Under the pieces are notes generated by a model. It was not told the DNA's origin. It saw only the letters and a list, made by a program, of their open reading frames with translations, and did not search any database. From assembly GCA_964543385.1 (NCBI GenBank), contig CAZIYE010000002.1, forward strand, positions 96,715 through 128,714: a DNA stretch of 32,000 nucleotides, written 5' to 3'. Origin of the DNA: an uncultured Candidatus Saccharibacteria bacterium. Its GTDB lineage: Bacteria; Patescibacteriota; UBA1384; XYA2-FULL-43-10; 1-14-0-10-43-13. This document shows positions 9,112 to 14,451 of this stretch, one piece after another (positions within the stretch are counted from its first letter, which is position 1; each line of letters starts with the position of its first letter). The translations under genes were made by a program, and so were the position numbers.

Positions 9112-9149
9112 AAATCAGCGTGTTGACAAAAAATCACACGCTGATTTTT
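9112..9149. terminator. Perfect 12-bp stem-loop with U-tract (terminator or structured RNA element)
   Basis: aaatcagcgtgt-tgacaaaaaatc-acacgctgattt followed by ttg; lies immediately before the next gene. Confidence 0.6.
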
Positions 9150-9175
9150 GTTTGATGTTTATGTATAATTTACTT

Positions 9176-9751
9176 ATGAAAATTTTATCCAAAGAAAAAT
9201 CTCGGGAGATATTAATCAAATTATTATCACTTTTCCAATGCGATCAGTTTGAGAAGATGGATAAATATCTCAATTCAAAGCCATTCAGATTCTTCAAATT
9301 CTATGCAAGCAATTCTTGCGAGCTCCCATTTTTATTTTGGGATGAAAAAGAAGCCAAGAAGATATTTGATTCCGCGATTAGTATTAGTGGTGCGGTAAAG
9401 GATAGTGATGGTGGTGTATACGGTATTGGTAATTATGATTATTTAGATAAATTAGCAAACTTTTTGAAAACACAGGGCTTTGTAAATATATACGGCGCTG
9501 GTAATTGGGATCCCTTCGGCAATGTTGGTCACAGTGCCATTGGCCTAAATGTTAATGAAATTAGGGGTATTAGCAGACATAACTACGATGACATCTATTT
9601 CTTTGATGAAAATTTTACCTGGATGCTCGCATTTAATCATCATAGAAACGGATTTTTTGCCGGATCAAAAGAAATGATAGAAGATTTTTCATATTCAGTG
9701 CCCGAATTTCGCAAATACCTCAGAGAAGAATGCTCCTGCTGCGGGCTTTGA
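9176..9751 (+). CDS. Hypothetical protein with C-terminal ...RKYLREECSCCGL tail
   Basis: Track ORF 9152..9751; the second in-frame start MKILSKEK (9176) follows a tataat at 9164-9169. C-terminus matches two other tail copies in the window. Confidence 0.6.
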   Translation: MKILSKEKSREILIKLLSLFQCDQFEKMDKYLNSKPFRFFKFYASNSCELPFLFWDEKEAKKIFDSAISISGAVKDSDGGVYGIGNYDYLDKLANFLKTQGFVNIYGAGNWDPFGNVGHSAIGLNVNEIRGISRHNYDDIYFFDENFTWMLAFNHHRNGFFAGSKEMIEDFSYSVPEFRKYLREECSCCGL

Positions 9752-9771
9752 CTTATCCGCTAAGTTGACAT

Positions 9772-9800
9772 TTGACACCCTTTAATTGCTTCTGTAGAAT
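9772..9800 (+). promoter_or_regulatory. Sigma70-type promoter within repeat copy A
   Basis: TTGACA (9772-9777), 17-bp spacer, TAGAAT (9795-9800). Confidence 0.75.
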
Positions 9801-9885
9801 TTATGCATGGATACGTTATGGACAAAATTTAGACCCAAACGCAAGTTGCGGGCTAAGTGTGTCTTTGAAGAACTCCAAATAGATA

Positions 9886-9908
9886 GGACCCCTCTGGGGC
9901 CCTTTTTT
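9886..9908 (+). terminator. Leader hairpin + T-run upstream of the SD (putative attenuator), copy A
   Basis: ggacccc-tct-ggggccc then tttttt, located between promoter and SD aaaggagg (9935-9942). Confidence 0.5.
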
Positions 9909-9952
9909 GTATCCTGTACACTCACAATCTAACGAAAGGAGGACTCCGGAGA

Positions 9953-10153
9953 ATGGGAGCAATGTTGGTACACGTTTCTGCATTAGAATATCTCTCAGTG
10001 CTCGCTCTTCGGAGATTCTCCGAAGAAGACCTGCGAAGGATTCAAAAAGCAGAGGATTTCGCTACTGAGAAGTTGCAAGGCATATTGCGGCGTGATGGTG
10101 CCGCGGTCAATATTGCGAGATTTATCTATACTGCCTTTCAAAATTCGCTGTAA
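9953..10153 (+). pseudogene. Truncated 5' copy of the HD-domain hydrolase gene
   Basis: First 48 codons identical to 13741..14376 through ...LQGILRRDG, then diverges to AAVNIARFIYTAFQNSL*; lacks the H, HD and D motifs. Confidence 0.85.
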
Positions 10154-10173
10154 ATGCCCTGACCCCCTATAGC

Positions 10174-10515
10174 CTAAGTGCTGTGGGGGGTCTTGATATT
10201 AGTTCTTTTAAAGCTGCCGCGGACAAGTTTAAAAGCCAAGCGTCCGTCCTTGTGCTGCATCGGTGTACCGATTAATTCTCCGCAATCACAAGTTAGATTT
10301 TTCAGGGTTGATTCGTCATGTTCATTGGAACTATTAAAACTATCGGATATTATCCGGTTTATATAACAACGTTTGAGCCAACCAGGACCATCTTTCTGGT
10401 ATAAAAATATCTTTTTTCCACATTTAGCGCACCTGACGCGGGTAATCTTAGCAGTGCCGCCTCTGGCAGCCAGATATTTATCTCTTTTGATTTTGAATTG
10501 GTGTGACTGTTCCAT
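10174..10515 (-). CDS. Hypothetical small protein with putative Zn-ribbon (CxxC...CxC)
   Basis: 113 aa; RVRCAKCGKKIFLY ... LTCDCGELIG. Extended -10 (TGaTATAAT, complement of 10539-10547) upstream. Confidence 0.55.
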   Translation of the reverse strand: MEQSHQFKIKRDKYLAARGGTAKITRVRCAKCGKKIFLYQKDGPGWLKRCYINRIISDSFNSSNEHDESTLKNLTCDCGELIGTPMQHKDGRLAFKLVRGSFKRTNIKTPHST

Positions 10516-10569
10516 TATAAAAAATTATTCGAATCATTATTATATCAATAAAGATTTTTTTTCTCAATT

Positions 10570-10659
10570 ATGAGAGAGCAAGATGATTCAAAATTCTCAT
10601 ATTCAGTGCCTGAATATCGCAAATACCTCAAAGAAGAATGCTCCTGTTGTGGGCTTTAA
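10570..10659 (+). CDS. Possible 29-aa small ORF carrying the CSCCGL tail (may be a gene remnant)
   Basis: MREQDDSKFSYSVPEYRKYLKEECSCCGL*. 10597-10656 is 55/60 identical to 9689-9748, and the differences are synonymous or conservative. No clear SD. Confidence 0.4.
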   Translation: MREQDDSKFSYSVPEYRKYLKEECSCCGL

Positions 10660-10691
10660 ATTTTTTAGTTCTGCATTACAGTAAAGCCAAT

Positions 10692-10720
10692 TTGACAAAA
10701 CAAATTGCTTAGAATATCAT
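10692..10720 (+). promoter_or_regulatory. Sigma70-type promoter upstream of the Gfo/Idh/MocA gene
   Basis: TTGACA (10692-10697), 17-bp spacer, TATCAT (10715-10720). Confidence 0.6.
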
Positions 10721-10837
10721 CATATGAAACAAGCTTTATAGAAAGAAAAATATCTCCCAGACAAGTAAAATGTTGTTAGGGGATCATCTTTTTATAGGAC
10801 AAAATATAGAATTTAAAATCCAAGCAAGAATCAAAAA

Positions 10838-12238
10838 ATGAATGCCAATAATCAAAGAGTTGCTATAGCTGGACTTGGACCTCATGCCAAACGTATCTAT
10901 ATTAGGGTTCTCGCAAATTATGAAATTCAACCAAAATTAGTAATAGATATACAGTCTTCTGAGGAAAGTGTTAGGAAATTTCTAAGAGAGCATAAAATCA
11001 AATGTGATCTATATTTTGTACCGGATAAAAACAAAGATCTTAGGCGTCTTTCCGGAGAAGACAAGAAAAATATTGCACGTCTCCTCAAAAAAAATAAAAT
11101 CAATAAAGCAATAATATCTACAGAACCAAAATCTCATGTCGCATATGCGGAATTTTTTTTGAAACAGAAGTTGCCAGTTCTAATGGATAAGCCAGTTACG
11201 GCCATAAAAAATGCATGTTTCGATGATCGCCTTGCCCAGCAAATCTATAAAGAATATAAGCATCTGAGAGATATGTCTATTCAAAATGATGTTCCTCTAG
11301 TAATCCAATCTCAGAGGAGATATCACGGTGGATATATCTTTATCAGGGAATTACTTAAAGATACCATATTAAAATATGGTATTCCGGTTACGCATATGGA
11401 TATTTATCATTGTGATGGTCAATGGAATATGCCAATAGAATACATTACTAGGGATAATCATCCTTTTAATTATGGGTATGGTAAGGTTTTACATAGTGGC
11501 TATCATTTTGTTGATTTCATGAGTTGGATAGTAGCTCTTAACAATTTATTACCAGACAAAAAGCCGGATTGTTTCGATGCTATTCACAAGACAGTTAAAC
11601 CTCAAGATCAACTCTTTCAACTTAATGAAAGCTATGAAAAACTTTTTGAAAAAGAGTTACCAGGATTGCCAGAGAAAGATTTTTCCAAAATGGGTGAACT
11701 AGATTCTTACTCATTTATGCAATTCAAAAGAGAGGGCAAAGTAGTCACTTCTGTAAATCTGAATATGTTGCACAGTGGATTTTCTCGACGGGCTAGTTCT
11801 GAATTGGCCAAGGATGTTTATAAAGGTAATGGCAGGGTAAGGCATGAGAGAATAAATATCCAGATTGGTCCGATACTCAATATACAAGTTCATAGTTATC
11901 AATCTTATGAAATCAAAGATAGCAGTTATTCAAAGAAAGAGATTGAACCTGGCGGTTTAGACCACTTCGATATTTATATATTCAGGAATTCTGGTATTAT
12001 CGGTGGCAAGTCGTTCGAAAAAATTCAGGTCTCCAACCGGAGCCGTATCAATAGGAGAACGCACATGGGCCATAATGAGGAAGCCAGGGAAAGGTGCACA
12101 AAAGATTGGTTACAAGGAAATGAGAGTGAGAATGATGTGTTAAAACACAAGCTCACTAATTTAGTTATGTCTACCCTATATCGCTGTTCTGCCAAGGAAA
12201 ATTTAGGCAGATTCCCATATATGGAAGTTAAACTGTAG
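10838..12238 (+). CDS. Gfo/Idh/MocA-family oxidoreductase
   Basis: 466 aa; RVAIAGLGPHAKRIYIRVLANY Rossmann start, ...PKSHVAYAEFFLKQKLPVLMDKPVTA (canonical ExP/DKP-type motif). Confidence 0.75.
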   Translation: MNANNQRVAIAGLGPHAKRIYIRVLANYEIQPKLVIDIQSSEESVRKFLREHKIKCDLYFVPDKNKDLRRLSGEDKKNIARLLKKNKINKAIISTEPKSHVAYAEFFLKQKLPVLMDKPVTAIKNACFDDRLAQQIYKEYKHLRDMSIQNDVPLVIQSQRRYHGGYIFIRELLKDTILKYGIPVTHMDIYHCDGQWNMPIEYITRDNHPFNYGYGKVLHSGYHFVDFMSWIVALNNLLPDKKPDCFDAIHKTVKPQDQLFQLNESYEKLFEKELPGLPEKDFSKMGELDSYSFMQFKREGKVVTSVNLNMLHSGFSRRASSELAKDVYKGNGRVRHERINIQIGPILNIQVHSYQSYEIKDSSYSKKEIEPGGLDHFDIYIFRNSGIIGGKSFEKIQVSNRSRINRRTHMGHNEEARERCTKDWLQGNESENDVLKHKLTNLVMSTLYRCSAKENLGRFPYMEVKL

Positions 12239-12276
12239 TTTGACAATCAAATCCAAGTACGAGGGGGAGCTGAAAG

Positions 12277-12969
12277 ATGCCGGTTACTGTGGCGTTTGAC
12301 GGTTTGAATCGATGCGGTAAAGGCACCCAGGCAGCATTGCTGCAGTCTCGCCTTCGCGAGATGGATGTTTTTTCCGTGATCATCAGAGGCGACGGTTCGA
12401 GGGATGGCTTGGGATTGACACCAGGTGATCCAGAAGACCTCTGGTGGCAAGGCTTCAAAAGCTGTCTAAAGGGCAGCGAAGGGACAACGCGCTGGTTCGA
12501 TAAATGGAATGAAGCAGCGTGTCGCTTAGCGCATGAATTAATTTGCTGGCAGGGAATAACATTCCCTCAAATGCTGAAAGATTCAGGGCGTAAAAGCGGA
12601 GTCTTACTTATCGATCGGAGCATTATTTCCAGAATTATGGTTATGCGGCAAGCCGGAGAGTATAACGGTTTAAACAGCCTGTATACTGTCGGAGGCGAGC
12701 CACAAGACATTGACTGGGAAGAGGTGCTACCCACAGTGCTGTTCAATTTCCATGTGCCCCAAGAGGTACTTCTGGCACGGTTGGATCATGATGATCCAAA
12801 GTATCAGTTCCGAAAGGGCATTATCGAACAGCATTTCCAACTCCATGTCTCTGTTTCTAGGGAGCTGCCAGAAGAAATTTTAGGCAGAACAATCCCTTTG
12901 AACGGCGACAATGAGCTTGAGGTTATCCACGAAGAAATATCTGCGGTAGTGGAACCTCTATTGCATTAG
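12277..12969 (+). CDS. Thymidylate-kinase-like P-loop nucleotide kinase
   Basis: 230 aa; VAFDGLNRCGKGTQAALLQSRL Walker A in TMPK style, GVLLIDRSIISRIMVMR. SD-like agggggag upstream; about 53% GC in a counted 60-nt line (12421-12480). Confidence 0.65.
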   Translation: MPVTVAFDGLNRCGKGTQAALLQSRLREMDVFSVIIRGDGSRDGLGLTPGDPEDLWWQGFKSCLKGSEGTTRWFDKWNEAACRLAHELICWQGITFPQMLKDSGRKSGVLLIDRSIISRIMVMRQAGEYNGLNSLYTVGGEPQDIDWEEVLPTVLFNFHVPQEVLLARLDHDDPKYQFRKGIIEQHFQLHVSVSRELPEEILGRTIPLNGDNELEVIHEEISAVVEPLLH

Positions 12970-12979
12970 TGCGGGCAGA

Positions 12980-13002
12980 GTGTGGGGCAGGACGCCCCAC
13001 AC
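12980..13002. other. Intergenic perfect 9-bp hairpin, no T-run
   Basis: gtgtggggc-aggac-gccccacac. Confidence 0.6.
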
Positions 13003-13032
13003 CATAATTTGAAAAAGTAATAAAAGGAGTAT

Positions 13033-13461
13033 ATGAGGCACAGTTTTGATTCAGTGAATGTCAGTACAATAATTTTTAATAGAAAAGGACAGGTTCTTTT
13101 GGGAAAAAGAAGTATGGACGAGGATGTATATCCCGGACTTTGGTGTGTGCCTGGAGGCAAGATAGATGTGGAAGCCTGTGAAGGTGAAATTATCGAGAAC
13201 AATTTAAAAAGAGAGGTGAAGGAAGAGATAGGGATAGAGATAGAACCTCTCTTTTATCTTGCTAGCAATTGTCTTATAAAAGGAGACGAGGCAAAATTAT
13301 ATCTGATGTTTGTATCAGAGCATGTTGCCGGTGAGCCATTTGCACTTGACGGTACCGAAGAAGTTAAATGGTTTGAAATCGATGAACTAACACCAGAAAT
13401 GCTAACGCCTAAAACCTATGACAATATTCAAAAAGCGAGTGACAAAAGAATATCTCTCTAA
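13033..13461 (+). CDS. NUDIX hydrolase
   Basis: 142 aa; GGKIDVEACEGEIIENNLKREVKEEIGIEI (Nudix box with a short insertion before GE). Confidence 0.85.
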   Translation: MRHSFDSVNVSTIIFNRKGQVLLGKRSMDEDVYPGLWCVPGGKIDVEACEGEIIENNLKREVKEEIGIEIEPLFYLASNCLIKGDEAKLYLMFVSEHVAGEPFALDGTEEVKWFEIDELTPEMLTPKTYDNIQKASDKRISL

Positions 13462-13497
13462 AAATATCTAGACAATTTCGAAATCTTAATTTATTTC

Positions 13498-13539
13498 CGC
13501 AAATATCTCAGAGAAAAATGCTCCTGCTGCGGGCTTTGA
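13498..13539 (+). pseudogene. Remnant tail cassette RKYLREKCSCCGL*
   Basis: cgcaaatatctcagagaaaaatgctcctgctgcgggctttga; no ATG-initiated full gene, because an in-frame stop lies upstream at the NUDIX 3' end. Confidence 0.6.
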
Positions 13540-13559
13540 CTTATCCGCTAAGTTGACAT

Positions 13560-13588
13560 TTGACACCCTTTAATTGCTTCTGTAGAAT
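13560..13588 (+). promoter_or_regulatory. Sigma70-type promoter of the full-length HD gene
   Basis: TTGACA-17-TAGAAT, duplicate of 9772-9800. Confidence 0.75.
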
Positions 13589-13673
13589 TTATGCATGGAT
13601 ACGTTATGGACAAAATTTAGACCCAAACGCAAGTTGCGGGCTAAGTGTGTCTTTGAAGAACTCCAAATAGATA

Positions 13674-13696
13674 GGACCCCTCTGGGGCCCTTTTTT
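13674..13696 (+). terminator. Leader hairpin + T-run (putative attenuator) of the full-length HD gene
   Basis: Same sequence as 9886-9908; sits upstream of the SD aaaggagg. Confidence 0.5.
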
Positions 13697-13740
13697 GTAT
13701 CCTGTACACTCACAATCTAACGAAAGGAGGACTCCGGAGA

Positions 13741-14376
13741 ATGGGAGCAATGTTGGTACACGTTTCTGCATTAGAATATCTCTCAGTGCTCGCTCTTCGG
13801 AGATTCTCCGAAGAAGACCTGCGAAGGATTCAAAAAGCAGAGGATTTCGCTACTGAGAAGTTGCAAGGCATATTGCGGCGTGATGGCACACCAGCCATTG
13901 AGCACTCAAGAGCACTTGCACTCAAAGCATGCGAGCTAAAACTGTCAGCAAACGCTATAGCGATTGCCTGGTTGCACGATGTGTTGGAGGACAACCTCAA
14001 TGTCACATCGTGGGACCTGTACTGTTTGTTTGGAGTCGTCCATGGGGCGATCATCACCAACGGCGTAATAGCCTTGACACAATGCGACTGGATGTCTGAC
14101 GAAGTGTACTTCAATAGGATCGAAGTTGCATCCTCAGTCAACTGGGAGATTGTAGTCGTCAAATTAATTGATCGCTGGCATTTCCATTCGGACTTTTACA
14201 ACGGTCCGGAGAAGAAAGAGCTAGCCAAGATTGACCAGACACAGAAGATCTTCCAGCAGACTATCAGAAACTGTGAAGTATTAGTTCCGGAAGATTTCCG
14301 GTCGACATACAATCAGTTGCTGGATGAAGTACTGGAGCTTGCAGAAATCCGGCAAGCTGAACTAATGGCCGCATAG
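13741..14376 (+). CDS. HD-domain phosphohydrolase, RelA/SpoT (MESH1)-like
   Basis: 211 aa; GTPAIEHSRALALKACEL...AIAWLHDVLEDN...IVVVKLIDRWHF gives the H / HD / D signature of (p)ppGpp-hydrolase-type HD domains. SD aaaggagg upstream. Confidence 0.7.
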   Translation: MGAMLVHVSALEYLSVLALRRFSEEDLRRIQKAEDFATEKLQGILRRDGTPAIEHSRALALKACELKLSANAIAIAWLHDVLEDNLNVTSWDLYCLFGVVHGAIITNGVIALTQCDWMSDEVYFNRIEVASSVNWEIVVVKLIDRWHFHSDFYNGPEKKELAKIDQTQKIFQQTIRNCEVLVPEDFRSTYNQLLDEVLELAEIRQAELMAA

Positions 14377-14451
14377 GCTCTGTCCACGATGGACCGAGCC
14401 TATTGCATTTTTATATTAGAAAAATTAATCAAGTTATGCTATAAAAATAAT

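Larger units (their letters stand above)
9729..10098. repeat. 370-bp perfect long direct repeat, copy A
   Basis: Base-by-base reading identical to 13517-13886 (offset 3788); homology extends to 9710 with 2 mismatches. Confidence 0.9.
13517..13886. repeat. 370-bp perfect long direct repeat, copy C
   Basis: Identical to 9729-10098; 3788-bp offset. Confidence 0.9.

Noticed and set aside
9123-9169. TTGACA (9123-9128) and TATAAT (9164-9169) as one promoter
   Set aside because: Spacing is 35 bp, too long for a sigma70 promoter; the TTGACA lies inside the perfect stem-loop. The TATAAT alone may still act as a -10 for the 9176 start.
9801-9910. T-box or known riboswitch upstream of the HD gene
   Set aside because: I could not find the T-box AGGGTGG-type motif or any riboswitch consensus; reported only as a possible attenuator.
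10178-10573. + strand ORF 10178..10366 and + strand ORF 10373..10573
   Set aside because: Antisense to the more plausible Zn-ribbon protein on the minus strand; low-complexity translation.
9710-14376. Classical transposon/IS element bounded by the 370-bp repeats
   Set aside because: No transposase or integrase ORF, no terminal inverted repeats, and the repeats contain host-type promoter and coding sequence. Duplication or recombination fits better.
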